The notes: generated by a model not told the origin, from the letters alone. A DNA stretch of 32,000 nt from Planctopirus limnophila DSM 3776 (GCF_000092105.1 NC_014148.1:3180001-3212000), one strand, 5' to 3'. Counted from the first letter of the stretch, positions 1 through 9,425 are shown. Program-made: numbers and translations.

Positions 1-385
1 ACGCTCCCAGAGTCACAGCCAATAGCTGAGGCAGACGGTACAGCACACTGCCATCAGCCGAGATCGTCTTCCCGGGAATTTTGACGGGCAACAGTTCCGG
101 TGCAAAAAAGACAATCAGCAATGCTCCGGTCAGTGGAATCAGCACACCACACCACAGACCAATCCCGCCCCCCATGGGCTTGGGAACTAAATGAACTTTG
201 CGAGCAGCAGGCTTATCGATCAGACCCAGCTGGGGAGCAATCCAGCGCATCGCACCGACGGCCGCGAATGAAACCCAGAATGAGGGAAGTACACAGGCAC
301 AGACAAACAGCAACATGCGAAGGGCACTTTGCGACGTGAGAGTCACCACACCAGTGAGTCCATGCACTGGCCCGGCAATCTCCAT
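1..385 (-). CDS. Glycosyltransferase family 4 (WecA/MraY-like polyprenyl-phosphate sugar-phosphate transferase), N-terminal part; the rest lies beyond the left window edge
   Basis: Absent from the ORF track because there is no stop in the window. Hand translation of the minus strand from ATG 385 gives MEIAGPVHG..MLLFVCACVLPSFWVSFAAVGAMRWIAPQLGLIDKPAARKVHLVPKPMGGGIGLWCGVLIPL. This is a TM helix followed by the GLxDxPxxRKxHxxPxPxxGGI motif of the family. The frame stays open to position 2. GTG 430 and TTG 448 are in-frame alternative starts. Confidence 0.55.
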   Translation of the reverse strand, partial: MEIAGPVHGLTGVVTLTSQSALRMLLFVCACVLPSFWVSFAAVGAMRWIAPQLGLIDKPAARKVHLVPKPMGGGIGLWCGVLIPLTGALLIVFFAPELLPVKIPGKTISADGSVLYRLPQLLAVTLGA

Positions 386-1183
386 TGAGTGATCGACACG
401 ATAACAGATTATTCTCCCGCATCGCGACACTCCCCCGCAAGTGTGCAACTCACAGACAGGCCCACCATGCGGTCAAAGTGGCTCCTTGAACTCCTGCCGA
501 CCGGCCTCGATGGCGTGCCTTGAGGTTGTTCTATTCTGAGACTCATGGCCCCTTTTCGCTGTTGCAGAAAAACTCGAAAAAACGTTGGCAGAGACAGTCA
601 TTTCTCCCCGAAAGCTTTCGCCTTTCTCGTAGTAATTCTTATAGAGACGACTGCATGAGCAGCATCGAATGCTTCCAGCAGGAACGACAAGTGAACCTGG
701 AATCATGCATCCGCGTCAAATCAGATACTTACAGTCCATGAGGTTCTTGTTTTGCATTATGGCGGACTGCCGGTTTTCACGATGACTTCAGTCGAATGAA
801 ACTTCTGCTGCCGGAAACTCAGGGATCACCCCTGATTTTCCATGCTCTGGAAACTGTCAGCTCCGCCTCAGGTTTCGACACAAATCCAAAGGGTTGTCAT
901 TTTGACAGCAAGCCTGCCAAACAGGACACAGGTCATCTCACCCACTGGACAGCCCATCGACGAGACTGACGTAACAGCCATGCCACTTTTAACGAGAATT
1001 CCTGATGAGAATCGGCATAAAGATCATGGCTTTGCCGATTTCGAATTCAGGGCACATAACTTGCAACATAATTGATTGAATTGGTGTGATTCGACACTTT
1101 TGCGAACATCGCACCACCAGGCGACACTTGTCACCAGACATCCTTGAAAGTGCCAGGCATCCTCGAAAGTGAAGGGGCTGATC

Positions 1184-1606
1184 ATGAATCACGAGATTTC
1201 ATACAAAGTCGTCAAACGACTGGCCGCTGCTGAGGGATATCTGGAACTTGAACTGCCACAGGCAGCTCTTTCCGAACTCAATCGAATCGACGATGCCGGC
1301 CCTTTCAATGCCATCGAGCAGTTGCTGCGAGGCGAAGCTCTCACAGGTCTCAGCCAGTTCGACGAAGCGATTGAGCCCCTGAAGAAAGCTGCCGACCTGT
1401 TCCCTGCCCCCATGAATCGCCGGGCCTGGGCCAGTCTTTCGAAATGCTACGCCTCCACCGGCCAGGATTCGCTGGCGAATGAAGCTCTGGTCGCCAGCCA
1501 GACTGAAGATGCTTCTCAAGGCCAGCCGGGAGTGATCGTGCAGGTCGTCATGCAGCCGATCTTTACGGCCGTCCTGGGCAATCAAGTCCGGCAAATCCAG
1601 CGATAA
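1184..1606 (+). CDS. Small TPR-like helical repeat protein (hypothetical)
   Basis: ORF 1169..1606. ATG 1184 is preceded by AAGGGG 6 nt upstream. The sequence LLRGEALTGLSQFDEAIEPLKKAADLFP...WASLSKCYASTGQDSLANEAL looks like TPR helices. The opposite-strand ORF 1199..1684 has no recognisable features. Confidence 0.45.
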   Translation: MNHEISYKVVKRLAAAEGYLELELPQAALSELNRIDDAGPFNAIEQLLRGEALTGLSQFDEAIEPLKKAADLFPAPMNRRAWASLSKCYASTGQDSLANEALVASQTEDASQGQPGVIVQVVMQPIFTAVLGNQVRQIQR

Positions 1607-1686
1607 GAGAGCTCCCTGAATCGCACATCGAGGGAACAACTTCAAAGATTCACCTCGCGAGTCAATTCCCATCACACGCATCATTC

Positions 1687-1718
1687 AAAGCCCGGCATCA
1701 AAAAAGATGCCGGGCTTT
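1687..1718 (+). terminator. Perfect 13-bp stem hairpin (AAAGCCCGGCATC / GATGCCGGGCTTT, A6 loop) downstream of the TPR-like ORF
   Basis: Read directly from the sequence. There is no long U-tract after the stem, so its role as an intrinsic terminator is inferred only. Confidence 0.4.
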
Positions 1719-1784
1719 GTGCATTCATGACCACACCTTATCGCGTCAGCACCACATTCTGAGGCTCCACCCGATTGCAGATGG

Positions 1785-1853
1785 GTGCCATGCTTGCAGC
1801 CTGCCTTGAGTAAATACTGGGCAAGCATGTTTTCGCAACCAACAAGTCGCTGG
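1785..1853 (+). repeat. Hairpin plus T-run repeat family (copy C): GTGCCATGCTTGCAGC..GGGCAAGCATGTTTTCGCAACCAACAAGTCGCT
   Basis: It shares a core with copies at 12415, 12731 and 12941. The stem is CATGCTTGC (1789-1797) / GCAAGCATG (1821-1829), followed by TTTT. The 99-nt segment 1781-1879 is flanked by a 14-nt direct repeat CCAC(C/G)CGATTGCAG (1767-1780 and 1880-1893). Confidence 0.6.
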
Positions 1854-1985
1854 TAACTTCTGGGAAACGTATTAAGGCCCCACGCGATTGCAGCCACACG
1901 CGAACTCAGACCAGAATAGCGAAAACACATTCTGCGAGAGAATTCGTCTTGTCTCGTGTTCATAGCCAATCAAGAGTTGATCCAC

Positions 1986-2705
1986 ATGGCCAATAGCCCC
2001 GCACCCACAGCACAAACTTCCCGCACTTATCCGGAACGTGTGGGCATCACTTTTGTCACAGGGTTAATTGGTCTCCTGCCTCTGGCGTTAACATTGGCTG
2101 TTCTGGTCTGGGTCGTGAGGTTAATCCACGACCTGTTTGGGCCTCTCAGCCCTTTCGGCAAAGCCCTCATGTCCATTGGCATGCCCCTCGTGGCTTGCGA
2201 AACCACGGCTTACCTGATTGGCATCCTCGGAGTGGTCCTCGCCATTTATGGCATGGGAGCACTCGTGGAAAATGGCATGGGTGGAGGCTGGCAACGCATG
2301 CTGGATCAAGGGTTGCGACGTATACCGGCCCTTGGAACGATCTACGATGCCTCGAAACATGTCACCAGTCTGTTCGATCGAAAAAAAGATTCACTCCAAT
2401 CCATGACGCCCGTCATGTGCTTTTTTGGAGATGGCAGTGATATCGGAACTCCGGCACTGATGCCCACTTCCGAACTCGTTCATTTTGGAGGCGAAGCCTA
2501 CCACATCGTCATTTTGCCCACAGCCCCTGTCCCCTTTGGCGGAGCTTTGCTCTGCGTCAAACAGGCTTGGGTCAAACCCGCCAATTGCAGCCTCGAAGAC
2601 CTCGTTGGCATTTACGTCTCCATGGGAGTCACAGCCCCCAAAAGCCTCAGCAAACCCGCTTCTCCCACGGGGCCAGAGCCTGCTGCCCCACTTGAAAAAT
2701 CATGA
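1986..2705 (+). CDS. DUF502-family membrane protein
   Basis: ORF 1956..2705; ATG 1986 is the preferred start. It has two N-terminal TM helices, then RRIPALGTIYDASKHV and PTAPVPFGGALLCV motifs typical of DUF502. Confidence 0.65.
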   Translation: MANSPAPTAQTSRTYPERVGITFVTGLIGLLPLALTLAVLVWVVRLIHDLFGPLSPFGKALMSIGMPLVACETTAYLIGILGVVLAIYGMGALVENGMGGGWQRMLDQGLRRIPALGTIYDASKHVTSLFDRKKDSLQSMTPVMCFFGDGSDIGTPALMPTSELVHFGGEAYHIVILPTAPVPFGGALLCVKQAWVKPANCSLEDLVGIYVSMGVTAPKSLSKPASPTGPEPAAPLEKS

Positions 2706-3091
2706 AGCGCAGAGGTTCTCGCGATAGAAAACCGGTTCAGCACATTCATCACCCGGGACACACCGGATCATGCCTATTGATTATTGCCAGAAAGCAGTAA
2801 AAATGCCTTCTTGACTGAGTTGAATCGGTGTCTGGATTCAGACCGTCCTCGCCATCTTCCCGCCCTCAATCAAGCTCGACATCATTCTGGGGCTGGCCGC
2901 AGACCAACGGAAATCTTGTGGCGTGCTCAACTCTCTGGCCTTTATCGGGCTTTGAAAACTTGGCTCACCACGCTCTGGTGACTTGATGACACGAGGCTGG
3001 CCCCGCAGCTTGGCGACCCTGCTGACTGGCCTGCAGTAACTGCACACACCAGCACACTCTGAAACAGCGGATCAGCAGTTCCAGTGGAAAA

Positions 3092-4984
3092 TCAGATCTC
3101 CACTTCTCTCCCAGCCATCTCCAGTGCCGTCGCAACAATCCCAGACACACTCAAACCACACTCGGCCAGCAGCTCGTCGCGTTCACCATGTTCCACGAAT
3201 CGGTCTGGCAGAGCGAGAATTTTCAGTCGATCACAAGAGACACCTCGTTGGGATGCCGCCTCCAGAACCGCAGAACCAAATCCACCGGCCAGAACATGCT
3301 CTTCAATCGTGATCACAAAGCCCTGCTCCAGCACCCCCAGAAGGCATTCTTCATCGAGAGGTTTGGCAAAGCGGGCATTGATAATCCCGACATCGAGGCC
3401 ATGTTCTTCACGCAGAATCTCAGCTGCTTTCACACAACTGGTCAGCAACGAACCATAGGCCACCAGCGTCCCATCCTGTCCTTCACTAATAACCTCCGCC
3501 TTCCCTAACTCGACAGGAGTCATCGTGCGGGGAATCGTCTCGACGTTGGCTTTCGGATAGCGGATCGCGACAGGTCGATCGAGCGACAGCGCAAGATCCA
3601 TCATCGGCGCGACATCGCTTTCATCACCAGGAGCCATACAGATCATGTGCGGGAAAATGCGCGTATACGATATGTCGTACACCCCGTGATGCGTCGGCCC
3701 ATCCGGTCCTGCAATCCCCGCGCGATCCATCGCAAATACTACAGGCAGATTCTGCAGACAGACTTCCTGAAAAATATGGTCAAACGCCCGTTGCAGGAAC
3801 GTACTGTAGATATCGACCACAGGCCGCATTCCAGCTTTTGCCATCCCTCCCGCAAACGCCACGGTATGAGCTTCACAAATCCCGGTATCAAAGAATCGGT
3901 CAGGGAAATCCTGCCGAATGCGGCTCAGTTTATTTCCTTCACACATTGCCGCTGTCAGCACACAAACCCGGGAATCTTTCTCCATCGATTTGTACAGCGC
4001 ATCGCTGACGGCATTCGTATACGCCCGGCTCGATGTCGATTTCATCTGGACGATCTGTCCATACGCATCCCTCTGGAACGGAGGTGGTGCATGGAACGTC
4101 ACCGGATCATCACAAGCCGGACGGAAGCCATGTCCCTTGTTGGTAAACACATGCAGGAGCACTGGCCCCTTCATCTTCTTGACCATGGCCAGATACTTCC
4201 GGAGTGTCGGCAGATCATGACCGTCAATCGGGCCAATGTATTTGAAGCCCATCTCTTCGAAGAGCATACCGCCGTGCAGCATCCCTTTGACGGCATCCTT
4301 GATCTGTGAAAGTGTCTGCTTCGCACTTTCACCAACGACAGGAACAGACTTCAAGAACCGCGTAATATCCCGCTTCAGCCCATCGTACATCGGCGCACTG
4401 CGGGCTTTATCCAGATATTGAGCCAGGCCTCCCACGCGCGGACAGATCCCCATTTTGTTGTCATTCAGAATGACCAGCATGTCTTTCTTAAGCTCTGCCG
4501 CGTTGTTCATGGCTTCGAAGACCACACCCGAAGGGAGTGCTCCGTCACCAATCACTGCGACCGACTTGCGATCTTCACCCGCCAGGTCATCACCCGCCTT
4601 TAATCCGAGGACAGTCGAGACACTTGCACCGGCATGGCCTGTCATAAACAGGTCGTAGTCGCTTTCCTGAGGGTTAGGAAAACCCATCAGCCCGCCACGC
4701 TGCCGGATTGTCGGGAAAGAGGCAAACCGACCGGTGATCAACTTGTGAGGATAGATCTGATGTCCCGTATCCCAGATCAATCGATCGCGGGAAAAATCAA
4801 ACTCCAGATGGAGTGCCAGGCACAACTCGACCACACCCAGATTGCTGGCAAAGTGAGCCGTTCGATCCGAAACCACCCCGCAGAGCGCCTCCCGAATTTC
4901 ATCGGCCAGCTGAATCAACTGAGAAGGATTCAATTTCTCCAAATCCTTGGGAGAAGTAATCCTCGGAAGATGTTCCATCTGCAT
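3092..4984 (-). CDS. dxs: 1-deoxy-D-xylulose-5-phosphate synthase
   Basis: 630 aa, full-length Dxs pattern (DTGHQIYPHKLITGR, GDGALPSGVVFEAMNNA, transketolase-like pyrimidine-binding and C-terminal domains). It lies immediately downstream of a polyprenyl synthase, the classical ispA-dxs order. Confidence 0.97.
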   Translation of the reverse strand: MQMEHLPRITSPKDLEKLNPSQLIQLADEIREALCGVVSDRTAHFASNLGVVELCLALHLEFDFSRDRLIWDTGHQIYPHKLITGRFASFPTIRQRGGLMGFPNPQESDYDLFMTGHAGASVSTVLGLKAGDDLAGEDRKSVAVIGDGALPSGVVFEAMNNAAELKKDMLVILNDNKMGICPRVGGLAQYLDKARSAPMYDGLKRDITRFLKSVPVVGESAKQTLSQIKDAVKGMLHGGMLFEEMGFKYIGPIDGHDLPTLRKYLAMVKKMKGPVLLHVFTNKGHGFRPACDDPVTFHAPPPFQRDAYGQIVQMKSTSSRAYTNAVSDALYKSMEKDSRVCVLTAAMCEGNKLSRIRQDFPDRFFDTGICEAHTVAFAGGMAKAGMRPVVDIYSTFLQRAFDHIFQEVCLQNLPVVFAMDRAGIAGPDGPTHHGVYDISYTRIFPHMICMAPGDESDVAPMMDLALSLDRPVAIRYPKANVETIPRTMTPVELGKAEVISEGQDGTLVAYGSLLTSCVKAAEILREEHGLDVGIINARFAKPLDEECLLGVLEQGFVITIEEHVLAGGFGSAVLEAASQRGVSCDRLKILALPDRFVEHGERDELLAECGLSVSGIVATALEMAGREVEI

Positions 4985-5209
4985 GATCGTGTTCCTGACC
5001 AGTCAGTTCGTGGCTCTCGAAAGAGTAAAATCTTTCAAGAAATTAACTCGATTCCATTCGCAATTCATGTTGAAAACCAGGCTGAGAGCATCCCGGAGCA
5101 GCTTTCGCTTCGACAAACTCATTCTTAGACCGCAGCCAGACTCTCCCGATTAACCTTCTCAACGGCGCCTCGACTTTGCCCCGAAATCCCTTCCGTCTTG
5201 CCGACAGAC

Positions 5210-6166
5210 TTAGTGATCACGTTCAATAATGTACAGTGCCAGATCGCTCAACCACTGGCCTCGTGGCCCGAATACTTCCAGTTCTCGACAGGCCTGCTTC
5301 ACCAGATCTGCCGCTCGCTCACGGCTGGCTTCGACACCCAGAAAACCAGGGTAAGTCGCCTTCCCGGCCTGAGCATCCTTTTGCGTCTGCTTCCCCAGCT
5401 TTTCCGATGAACCTTCGACATCCAGCAGGTCATCAGCAATCTGAAACGCCAAGCCAATGGCAAACCCATAACGGGCCAGCGATTCCAGTTGCTGGACCGA
5501 AGCTCCACCCAACCGGCCACCCATCGTCAAGGCACATGCCAGCAATCGCCCGGTCTTGCGATGATGAATCTGCTCCAGTTCGGCCAGAGTGGTCACGGGT
5601 GTCGTCTCGGCAGCCAGATCAGCCGCCTGTCCACCCACCATGCCGCACCAACCTGCGGCTGATGCCAGATCCGCCACACAGGCCAATGCCAGTTCTTTGT
5701 TCGAAATCTCCGTCGCCAGGACTTCAAATGCCCTCGTCAGCAGGCCATCACCCGCCAGAATCGCTGTCGCTTCACCATAAACGATATGATTCGTGGGCCG
5801 TCCGCGACGCAGATCATCATCGTCCATGGCCGGCAAATCGTCATGGATCAGCGAATAACAATGTATCATCTCCAGCGCAACTGCAGCGGGCATCGCCTGC
5901 AGCGGATCGGCTCCGCAAGCTTCGCTCGCCAGCAATACCAGAACCGGCCTTAGCCGCTTTCCTCCCCCCAGGGCACTGTATCTCATCGATTCAAACAGCG
6001 ACGGTGGAACGAATCGGGTAACGTCAGGCGTCGCACTCAGGGCAGTGTCCATGGCCATTTCGATCTGCTTCTGCAATTCCCTCAAATGCTGAGTGAACTC
6101 AACCGCGCCACTGGACAAATTCGTGGCCACGGGTGATCGCGATGCAGGAACATGAGCAGCCGACAT
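5210..6166 (-). CDS. ispA: Polyprenyl (farnesyl/geranylgeranyl) diphosphate synthase
   Basis: FARM motif IHDDLPAMDDDDLRRGRPT and SARM motif FQIADDLLD. The ORF extends to TTG 6229. ATG 6166 (MSAAHV...) is preferred because it has an AGGGA upstream and gives a more typical length. Product chain length cannot be decided from the sequence. Confidence 0.9.
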   Translation of the reverse strand: MSAAHVPASRSPVATNLSSGAVEFTQHLRELQKQIEMAMDTALSATPDVTRFVPPSLFESMRYSALGGGKRLRPVLVLLASEACGADPLQAMPAAVALEMIHCYSLIHDDLPAMDDDDLRRGRPTNHIVYGEATAILAGDGLLTRAFEVLATEISNKELALACVADLASAAGWCGMVGGQAADLAAETTPVTTLAELEQIHHRKTGRLLACALTMGGRLGGASVQQLESLARYGFAIGLAFQIADDLLDVEGSSEKLGKQTQKDAQAGKATYPGFLGVEASRERAADLVKQACRELEVFGPRGQWLSDLALYIIERDH

Positions 6167-6471
6167 ATCGCATCCCTGCGGTACTGGAACTTCTAAGTTA
6201 AGCTGGTGAATAGCAGGTTTTCCAATCAAAGCGTGCTGAAAAGAAACCTACATGTCCATTGATCATCACAAACTACAGCAAATTTCCGCGATCCGAAAGC
6301 CTCTAAGTTTCCAGTTTTTCCTCAGAATCCCAAGAAACCCGTCAACCAAAGCCCGCTTCGCTAGGCGGCTGCTGTTCGCGCGCAGTCCCCGGGCTGCTAT
6401 TCTACCGAAGCAGCCACGATTTCTGGCTTTACGGATTACGCCAACCCCTCCATTCATCACGGATTGATGCG

Positions 6472-8025
6472 ATGCCTCTCCGCGTCTACAGCACACTTTC
6501 TCGCCAAAAGGAAACTTTTCAGACCGTCGAGCCCGGCAAGGTCAAAATGTACCTCTGCGGCCCCACTGTCTATAAGCCCGCTCACATCGGCCACATGGTC
6601 GGCCCCGTCATCTTTGACACCGTCAAGCGCTACCTCGCCTACTCCGGCTATGACGTCACCTTCGTCGTCAACATTACCGATGTCGACGACAAGCTCATCA
6701 ACAAAGCCAACGAAAAGGGAATGACTGTCGAAGCCCTCGCCAAACAGATGACCGACGACTATTTCGATAATTTGAAGCTCATGGGCGTCGACTCCATCGA
6801 TCACTTCCCTTACGCCACAGACCACATTGGCGACATGCTCGACATGATCGGCAAACTGGTCGAAAAGGGTTACGCCTACCCGCTCAACGGCGATGTCTAC
6901 TTCCGCTGCACCAAAGACGAAGATTACGGCAAGTTGAGCCGCCGCAGTCTCGAAGAAATGCTCACTGGCACACGGGCCGAATCGATGGGTGGGAAAGAAT
7001 CCCCTGCCGACTTTGCCCTGTGGAAAGGCTCCAAACCTGGTGAACCCGCCTGGGACAGCCCCTGGGGAAAAGGTCGGCCCGGCTGGCACATTGAATGCTC
7101 CGCCATGAGCAAGAAGATTCTGGGAGATTCGATCGACATCCACGGCGGCGGGCTCGATCTGATGTTCCCGCACCACGAGAACGAACTCGCCCAGAGTGAA
7201 AGCTGCACGGGCCATCCCTTCGCCCGCTACTGGATGCACAACGGCCTCATGCAGGCCAGCGGCCAGGCCGGCAAAGTCGGCGGCCAACACGACAAAAAAG
7301 GGGACGCTGAATCCCAGATCGCCGGTAAACTCGCAGGCTCACAAGGGGCAGAATCTGTCAAAACAGCCGTCTTTGCCCACCATCACCCGGAGACCGTTCG
7401 CTTCTTCCTCTTGGCCACCCACTACCGCAGTCCCATCGATTTCAGCCTCGAACGCATTGCCGAAACCGGCAAGAGCCTCGAGGGCTTTTTCCGACTGTTC
7501 GAACTTTACGAACGATTAACGAAGAAGAACTTCTACTCGCTCATCCCCGCAGCAAAACGAAGTGACTCAAAACCCATCACGGCCGAGACTCCTGATCAGC
7601 AAGCCTTCGCGACTGAACTCAACGGGCTGAAAGATCGCTACCTCGATGCGATGGACGACGATTTCAACACAGGTGGTGCCGTCGGTCTCCTTTTTGAAAT
7701 GCGACGTGTCATCAATGGCTTTATCTCTGAAAAGAAGCTCGAAACAGGGGCTGGTTCAGCCGCTGATCTGCAGTTACTGACCGACGCCATGACTCTCGTG
7801 CGTGAACTCGGCCTGCTGCTGGGCGTCTTCCGCGAACCACGTGCAAAGGAATCCTCCGCAGACGACGGCCTGCTCGATGGTCTCATGCAGCTCATCATTC
7901 AGATTCGTGCCGATGCTCGAAAATCCAAAAATTTTGCTGTGGCCGACCTCATTCGCAACAAGCTGACTGAACTGAAGCTCATACTGGAGGATCGTCCCGA
8001 CGGCACCCTCTGGAAAAAAGCTTGA
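6472..8025 (+). CDS. cysS: Cysteine--tRNA ligase
   Basis: Starts MPLRVYSTLSRQKETF. HIGH-type motif AHIGHMVGP, GRPGWHIECSAM, FPHHENE, and C-terminal DDDFNT. It has an atypical KMSKS region (see findings). Confidence 0.97.
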   Translation: MPLRVYSTLSRQKETFQTVEPGKVKMYLCGPTVYKPAHIGHMVGPVIFDTVKRYLAYSGYDVTFVVNITDVDDKLINKANEKGMTVEALAKQMTDDYFDNLKLMGVDSIDHFPYATDHIGDMLDMIGKLVEKGYAYPLNGDVYFRCTKDEDYGKLSRRSLEEMLTGTRAESMGGKESPADFALWKGSKPGEPAWDSPWGKGRPGWHIECSAMSKKILGDSIDIHGGGLDLMFPHHENELAQSESCTGHPFARYWMHNGLMQASGQAGKVGGQHDKKGDAESQIAGKLAGSQGAESVKTAVFAHHHPETVRFFLLATHYRSPIDFSLERIAETGKSLEGFFRLFELYERLTKKNFYSLIPAAKRSDSKPITAETPDQQAFATELNGLKDRYLDAMDDDFNTGGAVGLLFEMRRVINGFISEKKLETGAGSAADLQLLTDAMTLVRELGLLLGVFREPRAKESSADDGLLDGLMQLIIQIRADARKSKNFAVADLIRNKLTELKLILEDRPDGTLWKKA

Positions 8026-8064
8026 TCGACGGACCGCCAGTTCTCAGGCAACTGGGAGAACAAC

Positions 8065-8907
8065 ATGAAAAGTATTTTTCCAGGAATGGATCCACTCCTC
8101 GAATCATCGTGGAGTGATGCCCACACCAGTCTTTGCACCTATACGAGAGACCAGCTTCAAACCAAGCTCCCACACGACCTGCGGGCCCGGCTCGAAGAGC
8201 AAGTTCAACTGACTCTTCCTGAAGATGAAGTGACTGGCCGCATAGCAGCATCGGCTGTTTATCATCCGAATGTACAGATTACTGAGAGTGAATTTGCAAC
8301 CAACTCTTCAGTCACTCAGACTGCTGATATTCGCCTTTCAACAGCCAAACCCCATGTAGTTAATTTTCAACCCAAGAACCTCTTTCGACGAATTTCGGTC
8401 ATTGAACGACCGACCGACCGTCTCATTACAACCATCGAATTCATCTGCCCAGAGTATAAGTCCAATACACGCCGAAGGCTTGTTTTTCATGAGAGGCAGG
8501 AAGAACTGCTTGATGCTGGTGTGAACCTGGTCGAGATCGACCTCGTGCGTGCAGGTGAATGGACGATGTTTCCTGACGAGGATTTTGTTCCACAAGTTTG
8601 CCGCAACCCCTATCGCATCATCGTCGTACGAGCTGAACTTCCCGACGAAGCGGAATGCTACGAGGTCAAACTGTCCGAACCTCTCCCGACAATTGCCATT
8701 CCACTTCGTCCGACGGATCAAGACGTAGCGCTCGAGATCCAGCCACTTGTCAGTGAAGCCTTCGAAAAAGCCGCCTATTCCACGAGCGATTACGAACGAG
8801 CACCTTTGCCTTCCTATAGTGCCGAAGAAAATACCTGGGTCATGAACCGCCTGACCGCTGCCGGTATCTACCGATCACCCAGCGATGCCGATCAGAAAGC
8901 CAGGTAG
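8065..8907 (+). CDS. DUF4058-family protein (PD-(D/E)xK nuclease-like fold family)
   Basis: N-terminus FPGMDPLLESSW..H, a central TTIEFICPEYK (ExxSPxxK-like) motif, and NLVEIDLVRAG. All three are recalled hallmarks of DUF4058. It starts 40 nt after cysS and ends 5 nt before ruvC. Confidence 0.75.
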   Translation: MKSIFPGMDPLLESSWSDAHTSLCTYTRDQLQTKLPHDLRARLEEQVQLTLPEDEVTGRIAASAVYHPNVQITESEFATNSSVTQTADIRLSTAKPHVVNFQPKNLFRRISVIERPTDRLITTIEFICPEYKSNTRRRLVFHERQEELLDAGVNLVEIDLVRAGEWTMFPDEDFVPQVCRNPYRIIVVRAELPDEAECYEVKLSEPLPTIAIPLRPTDQDVALEIQPLVSEAFEKAAYSTSDYERAPLPSYSAEENTWVMNRLTAAGIYRSPSDADQKAR

Positions 8908-8912
8908 CGGCG

Positions 8913-9425
8913 ATGTTCATTATCGGTATCGATCCCGGCCTCAACACCACAGGCTATGCCGTTCTCGCCTGCCATGGTCGCCAACTGGTACTCCACGAAG
9001 CGGGCGTCATTCGCTCCACCAAGGGTTGCTCTCTTGCCAGCCGTGTGACTGAGATCGGTCGTGGACTCCGTGAAGTTCTGGCCGACTATCAGTCCGCAGG
9101 CCATGAACTCCGCGCAATCGCGATCGAACAGGTCTTTTCACATACCAGTTTTCCCAAAACGGCAATTCTCATGGCGCACGCCCGCGGCGCCATTCTCTAT
9201 GCAGCCAGCGAAGCCAACATCCCGATTGTTCACTACATGCCCCGGCAGATCAAAAGTCTCCTCACAGGGAGTGGCAAAGCAAGTAAAGAACAGGTGCAGC
9301 GAGCAGTACAACTCGAATTGAAGCTCCCGTCGATTCTCGAACCCAACGATGTCGCCGACGCCGCCGCCATTGCCGTCTGCCACGCCTTCGCCAGCCGCCT
9401 CAATCAACCACTGCCAAAACCCTGA
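8913..9425 (+). CDS. ruvC: Crossover junction endodeoxyribonuclease RuvC
   Basis: MFIIGIDPGLNTTGYAVL start and 170 aa length; the conserved acidic residues include EQVF and the C-terminal DVADAAAIAVCH. Confidence 0.95.
   Translation: MFIIGIDPGLNTTGYAVLACHGRQLVLHEAGVIRSTKGCSLASRVTEIGRGLREVLADYQSAGHELRAIAIEQVFSHTSFPKTAILMAHARGAILYAASEANIPIVHYMPRQIKSLLTGSGKASKEQVQRAVQLELKLPSILEPNDVADAAAIAVCHAFASRLNQPLPKP

Noticed and set aside
1172-1205. GGGGCTGATCATGAATCACGAGATTTC resembles the 5' end of tmRNA (GGGGCUGAUUCUGGAUUCGACGGGAUUUG).
   Set aside because: It lies at the start of a well-behaved TPR-like ORF. No tRNA-like T-arm/acceptor 3' end (GGTTCGAATCC...CCA) and no tag-peptide reading frame is visible in the following 400 nt.
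2706-3091. Short ORFs between the convergent DUF502 and dxs genes (2784..2981 plus strand, 2838..3047 and 2965..3150 minus strand).
   Set aside because: They are mutually overlapping, basic and low-complexity, with no motif. They are most likely non-coding 3' regions.
4985-5209. Looked for an xseB-like or other small gene between ispA and dxs.
   Set aside because: Only a 39-codon minus-strand ORF (MSLSKRKLLRDAL...) exists, with no similarity to the exonuclease VII small subunit pattern.
6457-7290. Long antisense ORFs inside well-supported genes: 6457..7290 in cysS, 5236..6021 in ispA, 3647..4309 in dxs, 13672..14232 opposite ispF, 20832..21443 in sdhB, 27196..27732 in DUF1559 and 1199..1684 opposite the TPR ORF.
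   Set aside because: These are shadow ORFs typical of GC-rich DNA. The translations are low-complexity (Arg/Pro/Ser/Gly-rich) with no motifs, while the opposite strand encodes unambiguous conserved proteins.
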